This document shows positions 55,095-64,000 of a stretch of DNA of 64,000 nucleotides, one piece after another. This stretch comes from an uncultured Bacteroidales bacterium (lineage in GTDB: Bacteria > Bacteroidota > Bacteroidia > Bacteroidales > Paludibacteraceae), in assembly GCA_900319105.1 (NCBI GenBank), contig ONND01000008.1:17173-81172 (forward strand). The letters run 5' to 3'. Position numbers and translations under genes: made by a program. How positions within the stretch are numbered: position 1 is the first letter of the stretch; each line of letters begins with the position of its first letter. The notes beneath the pieces were generated by a model. It searched no databases. It was not told the origin of the DNA and worked only from the letters and a program-made list of their open reading frames with translations.

Positions 55095-56095
55095 AATGTC
55101 ATCAGTCGATAGGTGAGGTATGCGATATATACGAGCAGTAACAAACCACCCGCCCAACGCTGGATCTCCCGTTCATGATTGGTTTTAACCGCCATCCATA
55201 CAATGATACTACCCAGCGCGGCTACACAGGCGTCGAGCTCGATGCCCTCGTACGCCGGTAGCGGACGCAAGGTGGCACTGGTCCCCAAAACAAAGAACAC
55301 ATTGAAGATATTCGAGCCGATCACATTACCTAATGCGATATCGGAGTTATGCTTGAAGGCAGCGATGACGGAGGTCGCCAGTTCGGGCAAAGAGGTACCC
55401 AAGGCAACGATGGTCAATCCTACTACCGCTTCGCTCACTCCCATGCGGGTCGCTAAATCCACAGCACTCTTGACGATCAACTCTCCGCCTACTACCAATC
55501 CCACTAATCCGCCTAAAATCAATGCGATTGCTCGTCTGACAGGTATTTCCTTTGTACTTTGTACATTATCCCCTTGCCCTTCCTCCGGGTGCTCCTTCGT
55601 ATGGCGGAACATATTATACAGGAAATAGACGAAAAGGAGCAACAGGATGATGCCGCCCATTCGGCCGATCCCTTTCTCCGTCTCGCCGAAAGGTAACTGT
55701 ACTGTCACAAAAATGAGTACCAGAACACCGGCGATGATAGACATCGGGATATCGAAATCGCGGCTGCGCTTCTGGGAGGCTACGGGATAGACCAGCGCCG
55801 TCAGACCCAAGATCACCAACGTATTGATGATATTAGAGCCTAAGATATTCGTGATCGCCAAATCAGTCGAACCCTCAGCTACAGAGACCATGTTCACCAC
55901 GAACTCCGGCATTGAGGTACCAAAAGCCACCACGGTCAGACCAATCACCAGATCGCTGATACCAAAACGCTTGGCTATCGCACTCGAACCGTCCACCAGG
56001 AAATCAGCTCCTTTGACAAGCACGACAAATCCCACGACGATCAGTACCACCGCCACCCACCATCCGTAGGCTAATAAGTTATTTATAATATCCAT
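55091..56095 (-). CDS. calcium/sodium antiporter (CaCA, YrbG-type)
   Basis: Two alpha-repeats, GTSMPEF and GTSLPELATS. 10-11 TM segments. Confidence 0.9.
   Translation of the reverse strand: MDIINNLLAYGWWVAVVLIVVGFVVLVKGADFLVDGSSAIAKRFGISDLVIGLTVVAFGTSMPEFVVNMVSVAEGSTDLAITNILGSNIINTLVILGLTALVYPVASQKRSRDFDIPMSIIAGVLVLIFVTVQLPFGETEKGIGRMGGIILLLLFVYFLYNMFRHTKEHPEEGQGDNVQSTKEIPVRRAIALILGGLVGLVVGGELIVKSAVDLATRMGVSEAVVGLTIVALGTSLPELATSVIAAFKHNSDIALGNVIGSNIFNVFFVLGTSATLRPLPAYEGIELDACVAALGSIIVWMAVKTNHEREIQRWAGGLLLLVYIAYLTYRLMTL
55549..55585. repeat. CTTTGTA family array in frame in the antiporter's central loop
   Basis: cctttgta ctttgta cattatc cccttgcc cttcc. Read on the minus strand it encodes EEGQGDNVQSTKE. 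Confidence 0.85.
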
Positions 56096-56111
56096 AATTC
56101 TTCTTTTTTTT

Positions 56112-56145
56112 CTCTCCCCCTCTGCGGGGGAGCCGGAGGGGGCTA
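56112..56145. repeat. GC-rich hairpin element, intergenic
   Basis: ctccccc-tctgc-gggggag followed by ccggaggggg. Lies between the ychF stop and the antiporter start. Confidence 0.8.
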
Positions 56146-57249
56146 TACATTAAACAAGAAATGCATTATATCGCCATCCTGGACAAGGTAATCCTTGCCT
56201 TCGATACCGAGTTTACCTGCAGCACGGCATTGCGCCTCGCCTCCGAGAGCCACGAAATCGTCGTATTTGATCACCTCCGCGCGGATGAAACCACGCTCGA
56301 AATCCGTATGAATCACTCCCGCGCATTGCGGCGCTTTCATGCCTTCGCGGAAAGTCCATGCACGTACCTCATCCGAACCCGCCGTCAGGAACGTACGGAG
56401 TTTCAACAGCGCATAGGCGGCTTTGATCAGCCGGTTCACTCCGGACTCCTCCAATCCCAATTCGCCAAGGAACATCTGCCGTTCCTCGTAAGTCTCCAAC
56501 TCTGCTATCTCACTCTCTATCTTCGCCGCCAAAACGAGCACTTCTGCATCTTCATCTTTGACCGCTTCGCGAACCTGCTCCACGTATGCGTTACCGGATA
56601 CAGCCGCAGCCTCATCAACGTTGCATACGTACATAACAGGTTTGTTGGTCAGCAGGAAGAAGTCTTTCGCTGCGGCTTCCTGCTCTTTGTTCTCGAGTTC
56701 TACCGTGCGGGCGTTCTTGCCTTGCGACAGCGCCTCGCGGTACTTGACAAGTACTTCAAGTTGCAGCTTGGCATTCTTGTCTCCACCCGCCTTAGCGGCC
56801 TTCTCGCATTTCTGAATACGCGCTTCGACGGTCTCGAGGTCCTTGAGTTGCAACTCGGCATCGATGATCTCTTTGTCACGGACAGGATTAACCGAACCAT
56901 CCACGTGTACGACGTTCTCATCGTCGAAACAACGAAGCACATGAATGATAGCATCCGTCTCTCGGATATTGGCGAGGAACTTGTTACCGAGTCCTTCTCC
57001 TTTGCTGGCGCCCTTAACCAATCCTGCTATATCGACTATCTCCACGGTCGTAGGGATCACGCCGCGCTCCGGATGACAGATCTCGCCGAGTTTGATGAGT
57101 CGCTCGTCCGGCACCGTAATGACTCCTACGTTCGGCTCTATCGTACAGAACGGGAAATTGGCGCTCTGCGCCTTGGCGTTACTCAAACAATTAAACAGGG
57201 TACTCTTGCCCACATTCGGCAACCCCACTATACCACATTGTAATGACAT
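56143..57249 (-). CDS. ychF: redox-regulated ATPase YchF
   Basis: [15 protein letters not shown] (G1) and the C-terminal TGS domain [11 protein letters not shown]. Confidence 0.96.
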   Translation of the reverse strand: MSLQCGIVGLPNVGKSTLFNCLSNAKAQSANFPFCTIEPNVGVITVPDERLIKLGEICHPERGVIPTTVEIVDIAGLVKGASKGEGLGNKFLANIRETDAIIHVLRCFDDENVVHVDGSVNPVRDKEIIDAELQLKDLETVEARIQKCEKAAKAGGDKNAKLQLEVLVKYREALSQGKNARTVELENKEQEAAAKDFFLLTNKPVMYVCNVDEAAAVSGNAYVEQVREAVKDEDAEVLVLAAKIESEIAELETYEERQMFLGELGLEESGVNRLIKAAYALLKLRTFLTAGSDEVRAWTFREGMKAPQCAGVIHTDFERGFIRAEVIKYDDFVALGGEAQCRAAGKLGIEGKDYLVQDGDIMHFLFNV

Positions 57250-57253
57250 ATTC

Positions 57254-57288
57254 TCTAAACTTTAAACTTTAAACTATCAACTATCACT
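57254..57288. repeat. period-7 array (TTTAAAC/TATCAAC x5)
   Basis: tctaaac tttaaac tttaaac tatcaac tatcact. Fills the C69-ychF gap. Confidence 0.9.
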
Positions 57289-58975
57289 CATGCGTGATCT
57301 CCGGTGCTACCATCTTGAGGAAATTCTCCGGAAGCGGCAGACGGTTCGGACCGCAACTGTTACCATATTTATTACGTGTGAATTGGCCATTCTCCTCTTT
57401 GCGTTCCTGTCCGTCGATGAACTTGGTAATGAGGTAGATATACAGTCTCTGCCAATCGGCTACGAGGTTCTCCGCCTGCGAGCACGAATAGGACGTAAGG
57501 AAGGATTTGGCATCTTCATCATTCAAAGCCGCAGCTTGGGCATCTACACCTTCTATCTGGGTGTTGAATTTATCATCCCATGCCTGCTGCATTTCGCGGA
57601 TATGCGGATACATACGGCTGTACTTGGTGTATGCCCAGTTGGCGACCATGTTAAAGGTCCACCAGGCACTAGTAGGACTGAAGGTATAGCTGTCGCCGTT
57701 CCCTTCTGCAAAACACTCCGGCACATGATTGATGCAGCAATACATCGGCGTATAGCAACTGCATGCCGCGTCATCCACGCCGAACCAGAAGATACCTTTT
57801 TTGCCGCTGCGCATCTGCGCCACAAAAGACCAAGCCGTCTGCTGCGTAGCCGTCGGACGCTCGTACCAGTACTGAAGGGTATCGGTGCCGTTTACCGCGC
57901 ACTTGAAGCCCAGACCGCCATAACGCAGTTTGCTGTTCCATGGACCGGCATCCGTTCCCTGCGTAATATCCAGCGCCGTGCCTTTGTACTCATCGCGCAT
58001 GCACTCTTTCATATCCTGTACCGATACTTTGCGGTTCGGAGTGATCCAGAGCGGCATATGTTCGCCGGCGTCCTTGCCGTTGGACTCGCGGAAGGTCTTA
58101 CCCGTAGCATAGTCAAAATAACGATCCATCTCGTTGGAGAAATGACGGAAGAACGACCATACACGCGCCTCGCATACGTACAAACCGCTAAAATCGAAGG
58201 GGTTATACGCTGCCTGGAACGAGAAATCCTTGTCTGCTCCGCTGAAATAGCCTTTCTCGCGGGCAAAAGTAATAAGGTCCTTGTCCCACATCCAGTCGCC
58301 GTGGCATACGCAGTTGAGTTTTTTCTGTAACTTTTTCTGCTCCTTGGTCAGTTTGGCTTTGCCTTGCGGCAAGGTCGTGATACGCGCTTGGTTGGCGTGT
58401 GCAGCAATGGCGTCGTCCGGAATACGGACAGCTACCCAGTTAGCGCCTTTCTTACCAGGTCCTTTACCGATCAGATCCATGATCCATACCTCGTTCGGGT
58501 CGCCGAAAGAGAAAGACTCGCCTTCGGAGGCATACCCGTATTCGTTCACGAGGGTGATGAACCATTCGATGGCTTCGCGGGCTGTCTTGGAGCGCTCCAG
58601 AGCGATGTAGATAAGTGATCCGTAGTCGATGCCGACGGTGTCCCATAATGCTTCGCGGCCGCCCCAGGTCGTCTCTCCGATCGCTACCTGGTTCTCATTC
58701 ATATTACCGACTACTGTGTAGGTGTGCGCCACTTGAGGGATGAAGCCCTGAGGACGGCCGGTGTCCCAGTCCTTCACTTCGCGCATCGCTCCTTCGGGAT
58801 AATCCGTGGCAGGCGAATAATGCAGGAAACCGAACATACCGTACGAATCAGCCGCATAGGATATCATCGTGCTGCCGTCCGCTGAGGCATTCTTACCTAC
58901 AATAAAATTGGTACATGCGAGTACCGTCACCGGCAGTAACAACGCCACTATAATGGCTACAATAGTTTTTCTCAT
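57284..58975 (-). CDS. C69 family dipeptidase
   Basis: Signal peptide, then the nucleophile Cys in LACTNFIVGKNASADGS. Length of about 560 aa is typical. Confidence 0.88.
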   Translation of the reverse strand: MRKTIVAIIVALLLPVTVLACTNFIVGKNASADGSTMISYAADSYGMFGFLHYSPATDYPEGAMREVKDWDTGRPQGFIPQVAHTYTVVGNMNENQVAIGETTWGGREALWDTVGIDYGSLIYIALERSKTAREAIEWFITLVNEYGYASEGESFSFGDPNEVWIMDLIGKGPGKKGANWVAVRIPDDAIAAHANQARITTLPQGKAKLTKEQKKLQKKLNCVCHGDWMWDKDLITFAREKGYFSGADKDFSFQAAYNPFDFSGLYVCEARVWSFFRHFSNEMDRYFDYATGKTFRESNGKDAGEHMPLWITPNRKVSVQDMKECMRDEYKGTALDITQGTDAGPWNSKLRYGGLGFKCAVNGTDTLQYWYERPTATQQTAWSFVAQMRSGKKGIFWFGVDDAACSCYTPMYCCINHVPECFAEGNGDSYTFSPTSAWWTFNMVANWAYTKYSRMYPHIREMQQAWDDKFNTQIEGVDAQAAALNDEDAKSFLTSYSCSQAENLVADWQRLYIYLITKFIDGQERKEENGQFTRNKYGNSCGPNRLPLPENFLKMVAPEITHE

Positions 58976-60483
58976 AATAATGTGGGGTTTTGGATTTTAT
59001 ACAATCGTTGATCTCTTTTGTTGAGAGCTATTTCATATGCTTTGCGATAGTATTGGAAGAACGATTTCCATTCCGCTTTCTTGGCGATCGCGGCTGCCTG
59101 TTTGCGAGCCTGGATAGTCTCCTCGGGCGTATAACGCAGGAAATGCAGCAAAGTATCCGAGATATTCTCCGCCACCTCGTCAAAATTGCTGTCGTTACGC
59201 TCGATGACGGTCACGCCGCCTTTCTCTTTCTGCTGCGAGGCCCAAGCTCCGAAGCCGGCGAGAGAGGTGGTGATCGTCGGTACATGGAAGGCACAGGACT
59301 CCAACGGCGTGTAGCCCCATGGCTCGTAGTAGGACGGGAAGACCGTGATGTCCATACCGATGAGCAGGTCATAGTACGTCATACCATAGAGAGGATCCGT
59401 TCCGTCGAGGTAGTACGGCGCAAAGACGGCGCTTACCTTACCCTTACGGGCTGTTGCGCGATCCAGATAAGGGATCATGACGAAAGCAACCACCTCACGG
59501 TCCGTCAGACCGATACGATGCATCTTCTGCGCCAGTTTATCCATCGCATAGGCAAACACATCAATCCCTTTGTTCTTGATCTCCAGACGACCGGATATAC
59601 ATACGAACATCGCGTCCTCCGGTACAACACCGCCTAACTGCTGACCGGCTACACGACGCAATGCTTCGCGAGCCTCCGCACGCTTCTTGTCAAACGCTTT
59701 GCCTTTGGGTACGAACGTTGGCTCGAAGCCGTTCGGCGTGACGATATCTACAGGCTTGTCTAACAACTGCTTGCACTCGCGAGCCGTTATATCGCTGACG
59801 GTCGTGAAGCAATCCGCCCAATGAGCCGCCTGTTTCTCTACCGAATGTTTGGATACCATATTCAGTTCGTACGCCATCTGGTCCCCGTTATACGCCTCGA
59901 AATAATCGTAGAGCGGTTTGCCGTTTCCGGCGATGGAGCGACCGATACCCGTAGCATGGGTCGTGAAGAGGGTAGCGATTGCCGGGCAATGCTCCTGAAG
60001 ATAGAATATCGTAAAGGCCGTTTGCCATTCGTTCGCGTGCATGCACACATTTCCATTAGGCAGGAAATGATAGAGGCTCTCCATGACCATACCTGCCGCA
60101 TAACCGAAGAGGCACGACTCATCGTAGTCGCCGTAGGCGGCGTGGCTCTGAACATGGTATTTATCCCATGCCCAACCATATATCTCATCTTTTTTCTCCC
60201 ATAGAGCATCCGCTTTCAGCAGAATAGCAATCGGCTCACCCGGCACAGCCCAACGGCCTACCCGAACAGGGATAGACTCCGGCGCGGACCATCCTTTCAA
60301 GAGCGAACGGTCTTCGCGAAAATAGATATCACTGTGTGCTCCGAAATCGGGTCCGAAGAAAAACACTTTGTCTGGATGCTCCGCCTGCATGGACGCAGCG
60401 CGGGTACTGAGGACGGCGTAGATACCGCCGACACGGTTACATACCTCCCAGGAGGTCTCAAAAATATAATCTGGTTGTTTCAT
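58972..60483 (-). CDS. glycogen synthase, GT3 (eukaryote-like) family
   Basis: FETSWEVCNRVGGIYAVLSTRA matches the GT3 glycogen synthase N-terminus. GT-B C-terminal PSYYEPWGYTPLES. Confidence 0.85.
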   Translation of the reverse strand: MKQPDYIFETSWEVCNRVGGIYAVLSTRAASMQAEHPDKVFFFGPDFGAHSDIYFREDRSLLKGWSAPESIPVRVGRWAVPGEPIAILLKADALWEKKDEIYGWAWDKYHVQSHAAYGDYDESCLFGYAAGMVMESLYHFLPNGNVCMHANEWQTAFTIFYLQEHCPAIATLFTTHATGIGRSIAGNGKPLYDYFEAYNGDQMAYELNMVSKHSVEKQAAHWADCFTTVSDITARECKQLLDKPVDIVTPNGFEPTFVPKGKAFDKKRAEAREALRRVAGQQLGGVVPEDAMFVCISGRLEIKNKGIDVFAYAMDKLAQKMHRIGLTDREVVAFVMIPYLDRATARKGKVSAVFAPYYLDGTDPLYGMTYYDLLIGMDITVFPSYYEPWGYTPLESCAFHVPTITTSLAGFGAWASQQKEKGGVTVIERNDSNFDEVAENISDTLLHFLRYTPEETIQARKQAAAIAKKAEWKSFFQYYRKAYEIALNKRDQRLYKIQNPTLL

Positions 60484-61523
60484 TTAGGGTCCGCATCTGC
60501 GGCAATTTTAGTTACGTTTTTCATTTCATTCAACTGGACGGGAACAGTAATAAACTTATTGTTCTCCGACCCGACAAACGGCATATACCATACGCCTTTT
60601 TCATTGGCCCAGTAGATACGGTTATCCTTGGTATCCAGCGTCATCGCGTTACATGCCATCGAATCGATCTGAACGTTATGGGCGCCATCGAGATAAGCCA
60701 CCCATAATCCGTTCGCACGATAGTATATCTTCCTGCTCGCGATATGAAAACCCACAATACCCGGGAAGATCGGAGAGAGGTCTTCTATCGTAAATACATA
60801 ATTATTATACCGCTGGGTGGTATCTTGTTCTTGGTTCAGTAACGCGTTGGGTTCGGCCAGCTTTTTTGCCGGTTCGGCTCTATCTCCGAAGATACGCTGA
60901 CGATAATCCCCCTCCTCCGTACGCAGCAGCACCGAACGGGTCGTACGATCGGATACGTCATACCTCTTCTCGATATCGGTCAGCACACCGTTCAGGGTGA
61001 CTCGCAGACCTATCCTGGCCTCGCTTATGGGACGCGTGAAATAGAGGTGCAGCGTACTCATATTCATCGCCGTATCGGTAATGATGCAATAAGGCGGGAT
61101 GAACTCCGTCGGATCGGTCGGAAGATACCATTCGTATTTCACGTCGTAGTTATAGGGATTGTACACGACGGCCTTGAACGTATAATCGGTATAAATAGTG
61201 AAATCCGTTTCCTCACAGGTGAACGTAGGGATCGTATCATAGATAATGATCTCTTTGGTCGCCGTACGGGACGATTTCTTGTCCACCTTCAGCGTTACAC
61301 GGTAGGTTCCGGGTTGCTTATAGGTGTAAGTAGGCGATTTCAGAGTCGAGGTGGCACCGCTGCCAAAGATCCACTCCCATTCCTCGCCGGAAGAAGAGTG
61401 ATTGGCAAAATAAACCGGTTCTCCGGCACGGGGAGCCGCAGGACTATACGTGAAATCCACATTAATGTGCTTGCACGCCATCAGCGCCAAGCCAAGCATC
61501 GATAAGAGTACTATTTTTCTCAT
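60480..61523 (-). CDS. PKD-domain lipoprotein
   Basis: Lipobox LALMAC and a PKD-like segment FTYSP...VYFANHS...WIFGSG...YTYKQPGTYRVTLKV. The start (ATG 61523) overlaps the miaA 3' end. Confidence 0.7.
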   Translation of the reverse strand: MRKIVLLSMLGLALMACKHINVDFTYSPAAPRAGEPVYFANHSSSGEEWEWIFGSGATSTLKSPTYTYKQPGTYRVTLKVDKKSSRTATKEIIIYDTIPTFTCEETDFTIYTDYTFKAVVYNPYNYDVKYEWYLPTDPTEFIPPYCIITDTAMNMSTLHLYFTRPISEARIGLRVTLNGVLTDIEKRYDVSDRTTRSVLLRTEEGDYRQRIFGDRAEPAKKLAEPNALLNQEQDTTQRYNNYVFTIEDLSPIFPGIVGFHIASRKIYYRANGLWVAYLDGAHNVQIDSMACNAMTLDTKDNRIYWANEKGVWYMPFVGSENNKFITVPVQLNEMKNVTKIAADADPK

Positions 61524-62394
61524 ATGTATCATGGGCATTCAACCATTGTATTTCTTTATCTTTTCTAAACCAGGTCATCTGCCGTTTGGCATAATGACGC
61601 GTGTTTTGCTGGATCAGTTCGATCGCGCGATCCAGATCGTATTGGCCATCGAAATAATCGAATAGTTCGCGGTAACCGACCGTCTGCAGGCTGTTCAGAC
61701 TCCGTTTGGGATAGACCTTCCGCGCTTCTTCCACCATCCCGTCCGCTATCATCTGCTTCACGCGCTCGTTAATACGCGCGTATAGCTCGCCGCGCTCGCG
61801 CGTAATACCTATTTTGAGGATGCGGAACGGACGCTCTTTGCGGCTCCTCGTGCGCAGCGAGGAATAGGGCTGACCGACGGTAAGACTCAACTCCACACAA
61901 TGCGCCAGACGCGCAGGGTTGTGCTGATCCACTTCCTCCCAATAAGCGGGATCTAACCGTTGCACCTCGGCTTGCAACCACGCTATGCCGTGCGCCTCGT
62001 ATTGCGCCTTCACATAAGCGCGGATATCCGATGGAACCGAAGGAAGATCGTCCAATCCATGACAAACGGCATCGGCGTAGAGCATCGATCCGCCTACCAT
62101 TACTACCACCTCGTGAGTCTTGAATAACTCTTCCAACAACGCTAATGCGTCCCGTTCATACTCGCCGGCATTATAGTCCTCTTCCAACGAACGTGTTCCG
62201 ATGAAATAGTGCTTCACGCGCGCTTGCTCTTCCGCCGTCGGCGCAGCCGTACCAATCGGGATCTCACGGTAGATCTGCCGACTGTCGCAACTCACGATTG
62301 GTGCCTTGTAGCGCTCCGCTATGCGCAACGACAACTCGGTCTTACCGACGCCCGTCGGACCGACTATTAAAAGCAATGTTTTCACTTTAGCCAT
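61462..62394 (-). CDS. miaA: tRNA dimethylallyltransferase
   Basis: IVGPTGVGKTELS P-loop and SCDSRQIYREIPIGTA. Confidence 0.93.
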   Translation of the reverse strand: MAKVKTLLLIVGPTGVGKTELSLRIAERYKAPIVSCDSRQIYREIPIGTAAPTAEEQARVKHYFIGTRSLEEDYNAGEYERDALALLEELFKTHEVVVMVGGSMLYADAVCHGLDDLPSVPSDIRAYVKAQYEAHGIAWLQAEVQRLDPAYWEEVDQHNPARLAHCVELSLTVGQPYSSLRTRSRKERPFRILKIGITRERGELYARINERVKQMIADGMVEEARKVYPKRSLNSLQTVGYRELFDYFDGQYDLDRAIELIQQNTRHYAKRQMTWFRKDKEIQWLNAHDTYEKNSTLIDAWLGADGVQAH

Positions 62395-62423
62395 TAGCCA
62401 TTAGCCGTTAGCCAATAGCCGCC
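62386..62423. repeat. period-7 array (ATTAGCC x5)
   Basis: tttagcc attagcc attagcc gttagcc aatagcc gcc. Spans the miaA start codon and the upstream gap. Confidence 0.9.
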
Positions 62424-62974
62424 TAAAACATCGTTCCATCGTCAAACGAGAGGTCCTGGAATCCCTCCATGTCGATGTCGTTCAGGTCATACTCGTCCTT
62501 GAACTCGTCGTCGAACATGAAATCGTCATCGCCTTTCTTGCCGCTGATACCCGCTAACGGATCTTCGCTCTTGAGCTGTTTCGGCGCCTTGCCTTTGCTC
62601 TCCACGCATTCCACTCCATTCATGCTTCCCGGCTTGATCTCTTTCAGACTACCGAAGAAATAACGCTCGAACATCGGATCGAAGATATAGATCAAACGCT
62701 GACCCTGCTCCTCAATCAAATCGCTCAACTTCGTCTCATTCATCACCATGTTGTCATACTCGAAATTCGAGCCCATCTCGACCAGCGTCACTTCCTGGCC
62801 TTTTTCCCAATCCTCGTTACACAGGAAGAACGACGTCATCTGGTCGTCCGGGTAACCGACACTCTTGAGAATAGCCTGGTGAAGATCCAAAAAGGTAGCA
62901 TCTGCATCGGCTTCAAACACGCGGCGGAAAGCGGGATCACCTTCCTCGCACGAAAAAGTAAATCTATATATCAT
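62423..62974 (-). CDS. pRiA4b ORF-3-like family protein (hypothetical)
   Basis: 183 aa from ATG 62974. IYRFTF...FLDLHQAILKSVGYPDDQMTSFFL resembles the PRiA4_ORF3 pattern. Acidic C-terminus. Family assignment is from memory. Confidence 0.55.
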   Translation of the reverse strand: MIYRFTFSCEEGDPAFRRVFEADADATFLDLHQAILKSVGYPDDQMTSFFLCNEDWEKGQEVTLVEMGSNFEYDNMVMNETKLSDLIEEQGQRLIYIFDPMFERYFFGSLKEIKPGSMNGVECVESKGKAPKQLKSEDPLAGISGKKGDDDFMFDDEFKDEYDLNDIDMEGFQDLSFDDGTMF

Positions 62975-63079
62975 ATACGTTAAATTTTGTTCCTTTTCCA
63001 AATCGGGCGCAAAGATACGAAATAATCTGCATACAAATGTGGAAAAATTGACGGAAATGAAAAGAAAACGCCTGCGGAC

Positions 63080-63110
63080 TTGCGTATTTCGTTTTTTTTT
63101 ATTACCTTTG
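63080..63110 (+). promoter_or_regulatory. sigma-A type promoter for uxaB
   Basis: TTG (63080-63082), N20, TACCTTTG (63103-63110). Confidence 0.7.
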
Positions 63111-63161
63111 CAGCGCAAAGTATGGGCAAATCATATAATTTCATTTAATACTTAAACAATT

Positions 63162-64000
63162 ATGGTAAAAAAAGCATTGAACAAGTGGACCGCTCCGAAG
63201 AGCGTAGCTCCCGAGAAAATCATCCAGTTTGGTGAGGGTAATTTCCTTCGCGCTTTCGTAGATTGGATCGTATGGAACATGAACGCAAAAACGAACTTCA
63301 ACGGTTCGGTAGCGGTCGTTCAGCCGATCGAAAAAGGTATGGTAGAATGGCTCAACGGTCAGGACTGCTTGTATCACGTTAACCTGCAGGGTCGTCTCAA
63401 AGGCGAGGCCGTCAACAGCCTCGAGCGTATCGACGTCATCAGCCGTGCGCTGAACCCGTACACCCAGAACTGGGCATTCATGGCTCTCGCTGAGCAGCCG
63501 GAGATCCGTTTCGTCATCTCCAACACCACAGAGGCCGGTATCACGTTTGATCCCGCATGTAAGTTCACCGATGCACCGGCAAGTTCGTATCCCGGTAAGC
63601 TCGTCCAGCTCCTCTTCCGTCGTTATAAGACCTTCAACGGCGATCCTACCAAGGGTCTCATCTTCATGCCGTGTGAGCTCATCTTCCTCAATGGTCACCA
63701 CCTCAAAGATTGCATCCGCAAGTATATTGAGTTGTGGAAAGACGATTTCGGAGCAGACTATGCAGGCTTCAAAGAGTGGTTTGAGAAATACAACTATGTT
63801 TGCGCTACTCTCGTGGACCGTATCGTTCCGGGCTTCCCGCGCAAAGATATCGCTGCTATCCAGGAGAAAGTAGGCTACAACGACAACCTCGTTGTTCAGG
63901 CTGAGATTTTCCACCTCTGGGTAATCGAAAAACCGGAGAACATGTCTATCGCTGAGCTCGAGGCTGAGTTTCCGGCTAACAAGGCAGGTCTGAACGTCCT
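63162..64000 (+). CDS. uxaB: tagaturonate reductase (altronate oxidoreductase), 5' part; runs off the window
   Basis: Hand translation from ATG 63162 gives MVKKALNKWTAPKSVAPEKIIQFGEGNFLRAFVDWIVWNMN..., matching the UxaB N-terminus IIQFGEGNFLRAFVDW. It is absent from the ORF track because there is no stop in the window. Confidence 0.85.
   Translation, partial: MVKKALNKWTAPKSVAPEKIIQFGEGNFLRAFVDWIVWNMNAKTNFNGSVAVVQPIEKGMVEWLNGQDCLYHVNLQGRLKGEAVNSLERIDVISRALNPYTQNWAFMALAEQPEIRFVISNTTEAGITFDPACKFTDAPASSYPGKLVQLLFRRYKTFNGDPTKGLIFMPCELIFLNGHHLKDCIRKYIELWKDDFGADYAGFKEWFEKYNYVCATLVDRIVPGFPRKDIAAIQEKVGYNDNLVVQAEIFHLWVIEKPENMSIAELEAEFPANKAGLNV

Noticed and set aside
56161-58330. Long plus-strand ORFs (56161-57243 and 57290-58330) opposite ychF and the C69 dipeptidase
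   Set aside because: The minus-strand products carry diagnostic motifs (the YchF G1/TGS and the C69 nucleophile Cys). The plus-strand translations are Arg/Leu-rich with no motifs.
62423-62974. Possible mobile-element remnant, since the pRiA4b ORF-3-like family is sometimes a passenger of IS or plasmid elements
   Set aside because: There is no transposase, integrase, inverted terminal repeat or target duplication nearby. The GC content and promoter style match the host. It is treated as an ordinary chromosomal gene.
63141-63914. 257-aa minus-strand ORF at the window end
   Set aside because: The plus strand encodes the UxaB N-terminus (IIQFGEGNFLRAFVDW) behind a consensus promoter. The listed ORF is its antisense shadow. 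The true gene is missing from the track only because it has no stop in the window.

Overview
This is a chromosomal segment with Bacteroidales character. At least 14 genes are preceded by the Bacteroidetes sigma-A promoter TTG-N19/20-TAnnTTTG, several proteins carry T9SS-style C-terminal tags, and the gene content is typical housekeeping. About 48 CDS and one tRNA-Leu(UAA) can be supported. I saw no rRNA, CRISPR array, integrase or transposase.

Housekeeping genes: rfbB, birA, dacB, a fused PyrK-like/GltD-like (NfnAB-like) oxidoreductase, deoC, psd, pdxB, panC, clpX, clpP, secDF, glgB, nagB, a CCA/HD nucleotidyltransferase, rpsP, ychF, miaA and uxaB (partial).

Accessory or notable content:
1. 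One promoter (29654-29684, minus strand) appears to drive a membrane Cache-like sensor fused to a PP2C phosphatase and an RsbW-like kinase, then a STAS protein, then a 1964-aa dimodular NRPS (A-T-C-A-T-R). This looks like a partner-switching module coupled to a dipeptide-aldehyde-type NRPS. A G9/C9 homopolymer sits directly 5' of the NRPS start codon.
2. A 2693-aa non-repetitive T9SS-tagged protein contains a sharply AT-rich internal cassette. An ATGA-coupled 135-aa ORF with a C-terminal membrane anchor follows it. A 0.7-kb repeat- and hairpin-rich region lies upstream.
3. A low-GC Wzx/Wzy glycan locus with five glycosyltransferases (46153-53491) lacks an initiating transferase and export genes.
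4. Two pervasive repeat classes occur both between genes and in frame inside conserved genes. One is period-7 (occasionally 9/11/18) microsatellite-like arrays belonging to a few recurring sequence families. The other is GC-rich GGGGAGG/CCTCCCC hairpin elements.

All calls come from reading motifs by eye. No searches were run.
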